A DNA stretch of 64,000 bases from Eledone cirrhosa (lineage: Eukaryota), in the NCBI GenBank assembly GCA_964016885.1, contig OZ024740.1, positions 241,986,001 through 242,050,000 on the forward strand, given 5' to 3'. Shown piece by piece: positions 28,207 through 43,099 of this stretch. Positions within the stretch are counted from its first letter, which is position 1. Each line of letters opens with the position of its first letter. Below the pieces are notes generated by a model, which saw nothing but the letters and a program-made list of their open reading frames with translations, made no database searches and had not been told where the DNA came from. Position numbers and translations under genes: made by a program.

Positions 28207-29242
28207 AACGGCGTTGGCTAACAGCGGCTTCGCACAACCTATCACTTACTCTCCCACTAGCAACAAGACCATTAAGAAAAGTAAGCGCAACAATTGACAA
28301 TCTATCTGGTTCTCTCCTCTCTTCTCACTCAACGTTAAAACCAATGTAGGAAAAAATGTCTAGCCCTCTTAGATAGACACTTTCCCATATGTCATAAATA
28401 CCGCTCCATCTTTAACCGACACACAGTCAAACTAGAATACTCCTGCTCTAAGAACATGAAGGTCGACATCACCAGCAGCCCTAGGAGTAACACCCCATCA
28501 GGGTGCTCGTGCTGTAAGCCTGAAGCTTGCCCCCTTCAACAGCAATGCAACACACCAGCTGTAATTTATGAAGCTGTGGTCACTTCCAACCGACCAAACG
28601 AACCACAGGAGGTCAAATCCTATGTAGCATGGTGGGGGCCGATTTAAGGAACGTTTCCTGAACCACCAATCTACCTTCAGGTACCCGGATAGACATTCAT
28701 CCACGAAACTCGCGAGCCACGTATGGTCCCTCAAGGACTCAAGTATAGACTACTCCATTCAATGGAAGGACACCACTAAGTCCAAGCCATACACAAGGGG
28801 AAATCCGACGTGTGGCTTATGTATTGACGAACGAATAACTATCCTAAAGAGATTACGCAATAGTGATTGCCTAAACACGAGAATTGAATTTTTCATACGT
28901 TGTCCACACGTCGCCAAACACCTATTGCATAACTACAAGGCTCCGGACTGATTCTTTGTAATTTTATTTTCAACCTAAAAACTTTTCGGATTTTCGCTGT
29001 TATCCCTCTTACACCTCTCGCACGCAGTCTAGTATTGCCTGTGTGACCGGGTTTCTGCGCATGCGCGTTCGTACAGTTGTCCTTCCTGTTCCTATAACCA
29101 TGCCCATTCCGAGCTGAGGATCCGCTAAGGTGAACCAATTGTACTCGGTATGGTGAACTAACTGTTGTGTAACCACTTCTACCTAGCTCGTCTCATGGAT
29201 TGAGTGCTCTGCCACTACGGATATTACCTTCCAGTGTTCCAC

Positions 29243-29246
<4 letters not shown>
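28207..29246 (+). mobile_element. 5'-truncated Penelope-like element: RT-EN linker, GIY-YIG endonuclease, pLTR
   Basis: [64 protein letters not shown]; stop at ~28951; (TA)n flanks; frameshifted. Confidence 0.85.
29109..29148 (+). ncRNA. Hammerhead ribozyme in Penelope pLTR (one core substitution)
   Basis: CCGAG-CTGAGGA-tCCgctaaGGt-GAACC-aatt-GTA-CTCGG. Confidence 0.7.
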
Positions 29247-29285
<39 letters not shown>

Positions 29286-29568
29286 TGTATGTATGTATGT
29301 ATATGTATGTATATGTGTGTATATATATGTGTGTGTGTATACGAAGGAATATACGATATGTTTATGTATAATAAACGTATATATATCCCGCTATCATTGT
29401 TTGTATCTGGTTTTCACTTCAATTTATAATATATTCCCAGTAGGTCAGTTTAGTAACTGGGTGGTTGTTTATTTTTTTTATTGTCAAAGCTCTTTCGTCA
29501 CACTTTCTGCGACTAATTTGTTATTTTGTGTCTCTCTTTTGTTCGGTCCCACACCATCTTGTTTTTGT

Positions 29569-30329
29569 GAGTCTCCACTTATCGCCGGGTCCGCCTGCCA
29601 GAGGGCTGTGAGCGCCTGAGCACATTCGATGTGCCAGTCGCCCATTTTCCTCGGTCTTTGCTTGACCCAGGACTGCAGATCGGTCAGCGAGACTAGTCGT
29701 ACGATGGCTCGCCTCACGAACGGGGCCCACACCGGTTGTCCGGTGAGGAATACGTAGAGATGCCGCAGCCTGAGCGCATGTTTGCGCATCGTCAGCAATG
29801 GCATCCCCAGCCCTCCGTTGGAGGGCGTTGGCAGCAGATGGATCTTCTCACCAAAGGAGCCCGCCTCTTCTAAAAGAATTGGAAGAGCGCGCCCTCCATT
29901 TTGGCGAGCGTTTTGGCTGGACAAGGCACGACGGTCAAGCGGTAGTAGATGGCGGACGCTATAAAAGTGTTCGCCACCTCCACTCGACATTTCAAGGATA
30001 GTTTGCACTCGGCCCACTTCTGATAAACAGATAGATAGATAGAAATATATATATATATATATAGATATGTTTCATTATTAGCCACAGGGGCACAAAAGAA
30101 AGGGACAAATACAAAGGGGGAAGTTTACATACAATAAAAACGTGTAAAATGTTATCACAAATGCAATTTAAAAAGTTAGTCGATTTTCCCCAATAGGGGG
30201 AGACAGTTCATATGGGTAACACATAGATAGATAGATAGAGTAAATATCCACTTTCGTCCTCTCAAGGAAGCCTGTGCACTGAACGCTACATGTGAATGGG
30301 TTTCCCCTGAAGCAGGTGAAGAAGTTCAA

Positions 30330-30331
<2 letters not shown>
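29569..30331 (-). repeat. Local inverted duplication of ~34221-35218 with an internal deletion
   Basis: Near-identical reverse complement covering RTE flank, Tx1 3' end and Tx1 RT segment; 34547-34765 is missing. Confidence 0.85.
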
Positions 30332-30381
<50 letters not shown>

Positions 30382-30506
30382 CGAAGGAAATGTGGTAAGG
30401 AACCAGGTGGACCATAACGCACCAAAGTACTCAATACTTGAGGTAGTAGAGTGGGTAATAGGAACCAGTAAGACCCCGACAGCTGAGCTCAAGCCGTTTC
30501 GACGGC

Positions 30507-31757
<1,251 letters not shown>

Positions 31758-31787
31758 TTTATATATAAACATATATATATATATATA

Positions 31788-32683
31788 CGAGATGTGTCAG
31801 AAAAGTTCCAGGACTGATGTCACAAAAGATTTATTTCAAACCCAAACTTCACACTAAGAGTTTTCTCCTTCAAAGTAATTCCCTAGGAGTATCTAACTGT
31901 AATCTTAGCTCTCTGCAGCGATCAAGCTTTTTTCTTCATAATTTTATATACATATCCTCTGTCGTCAAGCAATGAGCACAGAGCAACGAACAAACTTGAA
32001 GTTTCTGGTATGGTTGGGAAAACTCTGTCAGAAGCACTGGAATTGCTGCAGCAAGTGTATGGAGATGAGACGATCACGTGTTTTTGAGTGGTGCAAGAGG
32101 TTTAAAGAAGGACGCGTACGTGGAAGATGACCCACAGGAGCAGAAGGCCCTCAACAACCAGGACTGAAGTCAACGTTGAGCGCGGCAGGCAGATGGTGCG
32201 TAGCGATCGTCGGCTGACTGCTCGACTGATGGTAAATGAGCTGGGCATAAATGGGGACAGCGTCTGGAAGTTTCTCACTGAATATTTGGACATGCGCAAT
32301 GTCTGCACGAAGATGGTGCTCAAACTGCTGAACGATGACCAGAAGGGTCGACGCATGCAAGTGTGCCAAGACATCCTCGAGCGTCTTGAAACCGAACCAG
32401 ACTTGCTAGGGACAGTCATAACCGGTGAGTCATGGATCTTCGAGTACAACCCGGAGAAGACCCGTTTTGAAGACGTGGACGACATCAAAAAGGCCTTGAC
32501 GACGGAACTGCGGAGGATCCCGGAAGAATCCTTCCAGGAGTGCATGCGTGCGTGGCAGAAAAGGATGGAAAAGTCCATTAGATTCCAGGGAGATTACTTT
32601 GAAGGAGAAAACTATTAGTGTGAAGTTTGGGTTTGAAATGAACCTTTTGTGACATCAGTCCTGGAACTTTTCTGACGCACCTA

Positions 32684-32684
<1 letters not shown>
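31788..32684 (+). mobile_element. Internally deleted mariner transposon
   Basis: ~70-bp TIRs (CGAGATGTGTCAGAAAAGTTCCAGGACTGATGTCACAAAAG...) flanked by TA. ORF has the ITGESWIFEYNPE motif fused directly to the C-terminal RFEDVDDIKK...QGDYFEG. Confidence 0.9.
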
Positions 32685-32722
<38 letters not shown>

Positions 32723-33387
32723 GTGTGTGTATGTTATTATTTCCTGGCAGCATAATTAGTAGACAAGTTACGAGTTCCTAGATAATTATATTAGATATTT
32801 TTTTATTTCGACCTTTTGCATTTTTAGTTCATAAACTCTATTACGTTGAAAGACAACCTTGTTTCACCCAACTAATTTCTTTCTTTCTGACATTAAAGTT
32901 ATAAGTTATCGTGATGCTAATATTACATTTTTCTCGTGGAAAATCTTGTAATATTTCTGTTTTCGACAATTCCATCGGATCTTATTATTGCTGTTACCGA
33001 GATAAGAGGGTGACTCATGGGAGTACCAAAGACCATATTCTTTGAGAAGTTAGGTCTAACGGAACTGATTCAATCAACGATGCATCAATTACTTTATAGC
33101 GTTGGGCCAATATAAAAATAGTTTACAAGATTCAGCAAGATTTTCTCATATTCATATCCCAAGTGATCATTTTCAGGGTAAAATACTTTAAAATAACACT
33201 AATAACATTTATATTGCTTTTTGCCTGGTTGATATAATCGTATAGATTTTGAGAAGCAGATAGATAGATAAATAGATAGATACTGTGTAAAGGTCGCTCA
33301 CTTTTAATTAGTGAAAATACCAGCAAATGTGTTTATTTCATGACTTTAAATTCTTTGATGATTTTCATTAATGAAATAAACTCATTG

Positions 33388-33573
33388 GGCGGTGGATTGG
33401 CAGTATCGGTAGAGAGTCGGAGACGATGCTTTGAAGCATAGAGTTACGTCCCTTTATGATCTGAGTTCAAATCCCGCCGAGATTAACTTTGCTTCTCATC
33501 CTTACGGGGTCGATAAAATAAAGTACCAGTAATGTAGTGAGTAATTGCTGGTCGTGTGCCTAAAATAGAAACA
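33388..33573 (+). mobile_element. Full-length SINE family S1
   Basis: Head, B-box and core; CATTAATGAAATAAAC / AATTAATGAAATAAAC-like flanking duplication. Confidence 0.85.
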
Positions 33574-33619
33574 ATTAATGAAATAAACACATTCGTTGGT
33601 ATTTTTATGGTGACCATTG

Positions 33620-34310
33620 TCTTCTTCTTTTTTTTCTTCTTCTTCACCCAGTTATTCCTAGAGGATCATGGAGGCAGAGTCCGCAAACATTCCTTCCAAC
33701 GGGTCTTGTCAGAGGCAACCGTCTCCAACAAGATCCAGCTGGATCCCCAACCGAGACCAGCCAAGCTCATCGATGTTATCCAACCATCTTGCTCAGGGTC
33801 TACCCCTCGGTCCCCTACCTGTTGTTTTTGCCCGTAAAATCTGTCCAGCGATTCTTTACTGAGACATTCTAACCACATGCCCATAGTATCAGAGCTGTGA
33901 TCTCTCAATTCGGAGAAGTAGCGGCTCTACCAAGAGTGACTCTCTGTTCTCCGAGCTACGCACTTTATCCAGTAATGTTACTCTAAAGATACTTCGGAGG
34001 AACCCCCATTTCGACCGCATTCTTTCGGTCATTACCCAAGATTCATGACCATAGGTAAGGGTTGGCACGAAAACCGAATCAAAGGCAGCGAGTTTGACTT
34101 TTACACCTACCTCCCTTCTCCTGATTACTGAAGCTGGCGCATTACTGCACCAGCTCCTGCAATTCTTGCACTTAATTCGGCCTCCTGCCTTCCATCACTT
34201 GTGAACACGGCCCTGAGATACTTGAACTTCTTCACCTGCTTCAGGGGAAACCCATTCACATGTAGCGTTCAGTGCACAGGCTTCCTTGAGAGGACGAAAG
34301 TGGATATTTA
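33620..34310 (-). mobile_element. RTE-clade LINE 3' end with (GAA)n tail
   Basis: Same family as 21665-22130 and 61399-62020: QVKKFKYL, PTLTYGHESWVMTE, IERS.LRYYGH..RM. Confidence 0.8.
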
Positions 34311-34327
34311 CTCTATCTATCTATCTA

Positions 34328-34485
34328 TGTGTTACCCATATGAACTGTCTCCCCCTATTGGGGAAAATCGACTAACTTTTTAAATTGCATTTGTGATAAC
34401 ATTTTACACGTTTTTATTGTATGTAAACTTCCCCCTTTGTATTTGTCCCTTTCTTTTGTGCCCCTGTGGCTAATAATGAAACATA

Positions 34486-34486
<1 letters not shown>
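34328..34486 (+). mobile_element. Tx1/L1-like 3'UTR fragment
   Basis: Matches 35951-36110; flanked by (TATC)n. Confidence 0.7.
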
Positions 34487-34524
<38 letters not shown>

Positions 34525-34546
34525 CTATCTATCTATCTGTTTATCT

Positions 34547-36108
34547 TACTGAAGGAATACGAAAGGTTCACAGGAGCGAAGCTGAACCGAGACAAGTCCA
34601 TCGGTTTGCAACTCGGATCGTGGAGAGGCAAACCGATGCCTTCCGATGCCGTCGTCGGATGCTGGACGGAAGGACCAGTAAAGCTGCTTGGAGTCTGGTT
34701 TGGTCCGGACCTCCAGGTGGAGAAAAACTGGAACGTGGTGTCGGCCAAGGTGTTTGCACTCACCCAGAAGTGGGCCGAGTGCAAACTATCCTTGAAATGT
34801 CGAGTGGAGGTGGCGAACACTTTTATAGCGTCCGCCATCTACTACCGCTTGACCGTCGTGCCTTGTCCAGCCAAAACGCCCGCCAAAATGGAGGGCGCGC
34901 TCTTCCAATTCTTTTAGAAGAGGCGGGCTCCTTTGGTGAGAAGATCCATCTGCTGCCAACGCCCTCCAACGGAGGGCTGGGGATGCCATTGCTGACGATG
35001 CGCAAACATGCGCTCAGGCTGCGGCATCTCTACGTATTCCTCACCGGACAACCGGTGTGGGCCCCGTTCGTGAGGCGAGCCATCGTACGACTAGTCTCGC
35101 TGACCGATCTGCAGTCCTGGGTCAAGCAAAGACCGAGGAAAATGGGCGACTGGCACATCGAATGTGCTCAGGCGCTCACAGCCCTCTGGCAGGCGGACCC
35201 GGCGATAAGTGGAGACTCCACTTCGTCATTCTATAGAGGGTTGATCCGCATCAAGTGCGACGTCGTGCTCGGTCAAACTCTGGGCGTAGAGGCAAACGAA
35301 CTGGCCAGTCTGTTTGGTAGGACCTTCCGCCCGGGACCGATGGACAACTTCCAAATGTCCCTGGCCTGGCAGTGCTACCGAGGAGCTCTACCAGTTCGAG
35401 ACAAGCTCTGCAGACATGGGCGCCCGGGCAGGGACCCTGCAAAAAAGATCTGTCCGAGGTGCGTGCGAGACGAAGAAACCGTCACGCACGCATTCATACA
35501 CCGCCCGGGCGTCACCGACCTGTGGGGCTATGTAGAACGACTATTGTCGCAGGTGGGACCAATCCGGTTGACCACCGAGTCCATTGTCATGATCAAACCG
35601 CCATCCTCCTTCAAAAACGAAGGAGAGGCGGTTTTCCTTTGTGTGATAGCTATGGCGAAAGAGGTTGTATGGTGGACAAGGTTGAAAGGGCTGAGGTCAG
35701 ACACCTTTCTCTCCGGCCAACAACTGATTCTTTTTTTCAAATACCACTTTGGAAGAAGAATCAGGATGGAAAGAGAGGTGCTGTACCCCAGCAAGTTTTA
35801 TGAAAGGTGGGTGAAAGAGGCGAGAATGGCCCGAGTGAATGGACCTTCTCTCTATATCAGCCTGTAGGTTGAGGAAAAGGAGGAGGAGAGGAAAGGAGTA
35901 CAAACTCTTCGTACTCCTGGAGATGAGGGTTGCACATTTTTTTTCGGGGATATGTGCTACCCATATAAACTGTCTCCCTCTATTGGGGAAAATCGACTAA
36001 CTTTTTAAATTCCATCTGTGATAACATTTTACACGTTTTTATTGTATGTAAACTTCCTCCTTTGTATTTGTCCCCTTCTTTTGTGACCCTGTGGCTAATA
36101 AAGAAATA

Positions 36109-36110
<2 letters not shown>
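34547..36110 (+). mobile_element. 5'-truncated Tx1/L1-clade LINE (RT thumb, zf-RVT-like C-terminus, 3'UTR)
   Basis: GAKLNRDKS, VKLLGVWFG, KWAECKLSLKCRVEVAN, GGLGMP, CPRCVRDEETVTHAF; frameshift at ~34915; ends in (TATC)n. Confidence 0.85.
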
Positions 36111-36167
<57 letters not shown>

Positions 36168-37488
36168 ATGTCTGTTTATCTATCTCTCTATCTCTCTATC
36201 TATCTGTTTATCTCTCTCCCTATCTATCCGTCAATCTATCTATCCATTTATCTGTCTTTATAAATTTTAGTCCGAAATTTTAGTTCAAATTATAAAGTAT
36301 ATTAGCGATCTATGTTACACATGTCACGATATTTACATAATTGTTAATATATAATTGTGCCTACCCGGAAGCTTATAGCTCTTCATATTGTTTATGCAAT
36401 TAAAATGTACCTGGTTTCCTTATTTGAATGCTTATAAAAAGATTATTGCTTTTAATAATTTTTGTCTACATCACTTCGGTTACCCTTTGACGTTGTCTAA
36501 GAGAACATATGAGCCATTGCAATGTCTGTTTTTCGACTTCTTAGAGGACATTTTTGTGTTTGTGGGTCTATGAAAATGCTTTTTGTTGTCCCCATCGTCT
36601 TTAAAAAGTCTTCGGTTTCCAATTATCGCTCATGCGCGATTTGATACTGAAGCCATGGAAACAGTAAAATCCTTGATTAGTAAACAAACAAAATCTCATT
36701 GCGTGATATTTTATCGCTCGATACTATCTGTTTTTCAACTAGCTGGGCAAATCAGTTTGTGCTACATTTAGCTTCACATTCGATACGTGTTTATAGAGAA
36801 CAGTGAGGATAAAATGAGGAAACTCTAGAGGATAACGAGGGTGTAGAATACTTTCTAGAAATAATTCAGGCTGGAGATTAAGAATAATTTTTACGTGGGT
36901 TTTTCCACTTATCAAAATTGTCAAAATGCTCATCTAGGGGTGTTGTGACGCGAGAGAAATGATAGTCATTTACTTTCCCTAAAACTCCTAAACTGTCAAA
37001 CAATTTCTATGGTGTTCAAAACGGATATAACTGTCGGCCAACTTCATTATGAAGATATAATAGTTATAATTTCTTTTCTTACCACAAGGACACCAAATAG
37101 GGGACATTACAGAGTCGAAAGACAAATAAACACAAATAGTGGGTTGGGTATTATTATATTTCATATAAATGCAGATAAAGATTAAGAAACCAACTGTTTC
37201 AGACTGAGATTATTACTGATGCCAATGAAGTTGGTAGTTACCCTGTGTTGATTTAGTGACACACGTTCTACTAACAAAAAACTTCCAGCTATTGTTTCCG
37301 AGATTGCTGTCCCCGTTTTTTAATTCACAATGCCCACAAATGGTAAAGGGCTAAAGTGTGGATAACAATACTTCCTGCGTAGTAATTGTAAGTGTGTGTA
37401 TGCATGGGTGTGTATGTTTATGTATATGTGCTTGTATGCGTGTGTGTATGTGTGCGCGTGAGTGCATGTGTGTATGTGTGTGTATATT

Positions 37489-37520
<32 letters not shown>

Positions 37521-37970
37521 CGAGTATGACGAATATTTAATAATTATTATCAGTTCGACCCTGAATAAGAGAAAGCATTTATAAGAAACGAAAATAAATA
37601 GGAGAGCCTTGTTTCAAAACAAAAATATTATTTGGGATGAATGAATTGAAAGAGAAAGAGGGTTAGGGAAGAAACAAGGCAGAGAGGGAATGGTGATTGC
37701 TCACGGCCAAGGCGTCATGCAATTTTGGGAGATATTGAAAAACTATATAACTTGTTGATAAGGGAACAATGACAGCTGTCGAGTAACTGTTTCGAACAAG
37801 GTTAAAAAATAAAATAATCAGAAGTAGAATATTGTGGAGTTGTCTGAACCAAACCTATAGCCTCACGTGCGTGCGTACTAACATAAACATTAATACAACC
37901 ATACATAAACATCTTCTCACATATGCACACACACACACATACGTACACACACATATATATGTATACATAC

Positions 37971-38481
<511 letters not shown>

Positions 38482-38689
38482 CAATTCGTTTCAAGTGAAA
38501 TATTTTCATACAACATTAGATGCTGAAAACAGAATAGTTAAAATATTTAGAATGGTGAAGTATTCAGTATATTTCTGTCAACAAGAGTTACACACCTATC
38601 CACACACATACACCCGGTCCGAACAGAAAAGAAGCAAACTCCCACTGCCTCCATCTCTCCCGCTCTACCCATCTCTCACTATTGTGAGC

Positions 38690-38880
38690 AAATGGGGCCC
38701 TCGCGTTGGCCGCCCCGCGGCCACGGTGGACAGAATAAAGATGGCGTTTCCCCGGAGGTTGGGTGAGGGAGACGTGCTGGAAGAGCCATTCCAACTTACG
38801 AGGCTCACACCTCGAAATAACAGATTAAAGTTTAAACAAAGAATCGCTGCTTTCACCCTTAACGGGATCTTTTGAAACTC
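38690..38880 (-). mobile_element. CRE-clade non-LTR C-terminal fragment
   Basis: EWLFQHVSLT/LRGNAIFILST resembles the LFQRLS...QRGNA C-terminus of CRE elements. Confidence 0.5.
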
Positions 38881-39014
38881 TTTGGATTTTATTCTTCACA
38901 TTTATTATTATTACTATATATATATATATATATATATATATTATGAAGAGAGAAGAAACTTAGGGATATATGTGGATATATTCATGTGTATGTATGTGTC
39001 CGCATGTATCTGTG

Positions 39015-39248
<234 letters not shown>

Positions 39249-39259
39249 GTAGATAGATA

Positions 39260-39563
39260 TGTTTCTTTATTAGCCACAGGGGCACAAAAGAAGGGGACAA
39301 ATACTAAGGGGAAGTTTACATACAATAAAAACGTGTAAAATACTATCACAAATGCAATTTAAAAAGTAATCGATTTTCCCCAATAGGGGGAGACATTTCA
39401 TATGGGTAACACATACCCCCGAAAAAATGTGCAACCCTCATCTCCAGGAGTACGAAGAGTTTGTACCCCTTTCCTCTCTTCCTCTTTTTCCTCAACCTAC
39501 AGGCTGATATAGAGAGAAGGCCCATTCACTCGGGCCATTCTCGCCACTTTCACCCACCTTTCA
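39260..39563 (-). mobile_element. Tx1/L1-like 3' end
   Basis: ERWVKVARMARVNGPSLYISL* plus a 3'UTR as in 35800-36110; abuts (GATA)n. Confidence 0.85.
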
Positions 39564-39605
39564 TATATATATAGAGAGAGAGATAGATAGATTGGCAGAG
39601 GCATA

Positions 39606-39646
39606 CAGTCCTGATGGAGGGTAATGACCCAGAAACATATTGATTG
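39606..39646 (+). ncRNA. Decayed hammerhead-like motif
   Basis: CAGTC-CTGATGG-aGGGT aatg ACCCa-GAAAC-at-ATT-GATTG. Confidence 0.45.
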
Positions 39647-40110
39647 TTCCTCAATGCCAGTGTTGAAGAAACGGATGACTATGTGTCTTCGGCACGACAC
39701 AGCTTTAATCGGGCCGTTTGTTTTCAAACAAATCGAATATTATTATTAATATTCGATGTAACTCATGCGTACATATATGTATATATGTGTGTATGTGTAT
39801 ATATATATATAACAAAGGAATTGTGGTAAGGAACCGGATGGACCATAACGCACCAGAGTACTCAATACTCAGGGTAGTAGAGTGGGAAATAGGAAAAAGT
39901 ATGACCCCCGACGGCAGAGCTCAAGCCATTTCGACGGCTATTTCTGTGTGTGTGTGTACGTATGCATACTTACATTTATGTATCAGCTGTGTTAGGGCGA
40001 GAAATAAAATTCTAATTTTATTTTTATACATATATATGAAAAAGGAGAAGCATGATTTCACTGGTGGTTGGTGTTCTTTAATCGTTCAAAGCTATGCAAT
40101 AAGTCGTTAT

Positions 40111-40198
<88 letters not shown>

Positions 40199-40201
<3 letters not shown>

Positions 40202-40668
40202 TTGGAATAGAATGAAACGAAATTTCATTTCTCACTCTTAGTACGGCACTTACTTAAATGTAAGTATGTATGTATACGTACATACATATATGTATACAGA
40301 CGTACAGTAGCACGTATATATATATATATATATATACATACAGGTACACATATATATATGTACGTATCAGTTTAGCGGACGTTTATTATAACGCTCGCTT
40401 TGTCCGTTTGTAAACAAACGGACAGCCTGATTTATGCCGTACGGTGTTAAGGCAACCACGTCACTTTTTGTTCAACACTGACACAGGAACGATGTACTAG
40501 CTTGAAACTAGTACATCGTTCCTGTGTCAGAGTTGAACAAAAAGGTGACGTGGTTGCCTTAACACCGTACGGCATAAATCAGGCTGTCCGTTAGTTTACA
40601 AACGGACAAAGCGAGCGTTATAATAAACCTCCGCTAAACTGATACGTACATATATATATGTGTACCTG

Positions 40669-40753
<85 letters not shown>

Positions 40754-41177
40754 GTGCTACTGTACGTCTGTATACATATATGTATGTACGTATACATACT
40801 TACATTTAAGTAAGTGCCGTACTAAGAGTGAGAAATGAAATATCGTTTCATTCTATTCCAACTTATCGTTTTCGGTGCGCCTGGCCGACTGAACTCACAC
40901 GATATGCAAATTAGGCTGATCAGCCGTTAATTTTCATAAGGAAAGTATATACTTTCGAACGTTCAACCATCTGGCAGAAGGGTATACGGTGCTGACGATA
41001 GCTAACAAGCTTGAAACTAGTACATCGTTCCTGTATCAGTGTTGAACAAAAAGTTGACGTGGTTGCCTTAACACCGTACGGCATAAATCAGGCTGTCCGT
41101 TTGTTTACAAACGGACAAAGCGAGCGTTATAATAAACGTCCGCTAAACTGATACGTACATATATATATGTGTACCTG

Positions 41178-41214
<37 letters not shown>

Positions 41215-41268
41215 GTGCTACTGTACGTCTGTATACATATATGTATGTACGTATACATACATACTTAC

Positions 41269-41272
<4 letters not shown>
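40199..41272. mobile_element. Family C: fold-back palindrome (40199-40865) plus a tandem sense copy (40866-41272)
   Basis: Arms meet at ~40500 inside the hammerhead; the third copy carries the intact ribozyme; (TA)n flanks. Confidence 0.8.
40986..41028 (+). ncRNA. Type I hammerhead ribozyme (family C)
   Basis: ACGGTG-CTGACGA-tAGCT aaca AGCTt-GAAAC-ta-GTA-CATCGT. Confidence 0.85.
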
Positions 41273-41329
<57 letters not shown>

Positions 41330-41439
41330 GAATAAGAGAGAGGGTTTTATTCGTACATCTTTTTACTATTTATGGAGAAAATCCTAAGGGATACAAATCG
41401 CAGAGTGGTGCTTGAAGTCTGTTTACAACTTCCATCAAC

Positions 41440-42639
41440 TGAATAATATATGAATGGTGAATTCTTCGCTTGCGAAGATCAGTGGGAGGAATTGTTGTCT
41501 TGTCCCGTGCTGTAGAGGCCAATCCTGGACCAACAGGCTCTAGTACAGTTGGGGCAAGTGTATATTTGTTCAGTACAGTTGGGTCGCGGACAAATGTTTT
41601 CTTTGATGTTTGTCTTCAGCCGCCGCCTTCTTGCCCTTTTCAAAGCTGGCTGCATCTGTTTTGATGGTCGTTCTCTATTTCTCTGACCTCCACCTGGTGC
41701 TTCCATTCCCTGTGGTCAATATTGCCTTGGGTAAGCTGGCGCTTGGGTTGGTCCTTGAAGCGTTTTCCAGGGGAGGAGCATGACGGCACGAAGGTATCAC
41801 TGATTGAATCTTTCCAGTAGCTTGATCTGCTTTCGGTACAGGACCCAGCTTTCAACTCCGTAGAGGAGGCTAATGATTACAACAGCTCTGTAGACTCTGA
41901 TCTTTGTGGTGAGGCGTAGAGAGTGGTTCTGCCACACGCGTCTCTGCAAGCGTCCGAATGAGCTGCTGGCCTTGGCAATGCGGTTGTCAATATCCTTTGC
42001 TGGGGTAGCGTCATTGGTAATGAAGCTTCCCAAGTATGTGAAGTGCTCCACTGCACTGAGGGTGCCCATCGATGTTAATCTGCGGAGGTGGTACTCTTCA
42101 TTTGTTGACTTCTGGCACATAACTTCCATTTTCATGAGGCTGATGGTCAGGCCAAAGGCCTTGGTTGCCCGAGAAAATCAGCTGAGGGCTACCTGGAGGT
42201 CTTCCTCCGTGTGAGCCAGAAGGGCACAGTCGTCGTCTGTGAACAGCAGATCCAGGATCAACTCCTCCAATGTTTTGGTGCGGGCGAGCAGTCATCACAA
42301 GTTGAACCCACTCCCATCAGTACGGAACCGGATGTAAATGCCCTACCACAGTGCGAAGCGCATCATTCTGAAGAAGATTGCAAATAAGGTTGGGGCAAGG
42401 ACTCGGCCTTGTTTCATGCCATTCTCGATGGGGAATTATTGGAGAGACCACCATTGTGCTTCACCTGTCCCTGCTGTCCTGTGTGGAGTTGCTGGAGCAT
42501 GGTCCGAAATGTTGGCGGACATCCATATTTGCTGAGGATCTTCCACAGTCCATCCCTACTAACTGTATCAAATGCCTTCGTCAGGTCAATGAAGGAATCG
42601 TACAAGGCCATATTTTGATTTTTACAATTTTCTTGGATC

Positions 42640-42640
<1 letters not shown>
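41440..42640 (-). mobile_element. Decayed RTE (BovB-like) LINE RT and C-terminus
   Basis: FIDLTKAFDTVSR, HFTYLGS, RIAKASSSFGRL, SLLYGVESW, CPNCTRACWSRIGLYS. Confidence 0.85.
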
Positions 42641-42706
<66 letters not shown>

Positions 42707-42998
42707 ATAATTTATATAGACATTATGTGTGTGTATGTGCGTATACATATGTACATTAGAGGGGCGGTGCATTTAGGCCATTGGGGTTAGATGTATTTAG
42801 AAAAAAAAAGTTCCTATTCTTTGTGGTGACGAGTGACAGGGGACCCAGTGCAGGAAGCGAACCCAAACACAATAACTAGCGTATGGAATGACAGGCTGTG
42901 CAGAAATGTGCCGCAGATAGATGTTCGGTGAATTTGTGGGCCAGTCGATGACCAGTCAGGTTAATGTATATGATCTCGCTTAGCGTGCACCTAACTCC

Positions 42999-43061
<63 letters not shown>

Positions 43062-43099
43062 CATATATATATATGTGTGTGTGTGTGTGTGTAAAAGGT

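Noticed and set aside
28290-28300. In-frame TGA in the Penelope linker as selenocysteine
   Set aside because: Falls at a basic-residue position rather than a Cys position, in a frameshifted copy; CGA>TGA decay is the simpler explanation.
33388-33480. tRNA genes
   Set aside because: A/B-box-like heads continue into SINE cores with no full cloverleaf.
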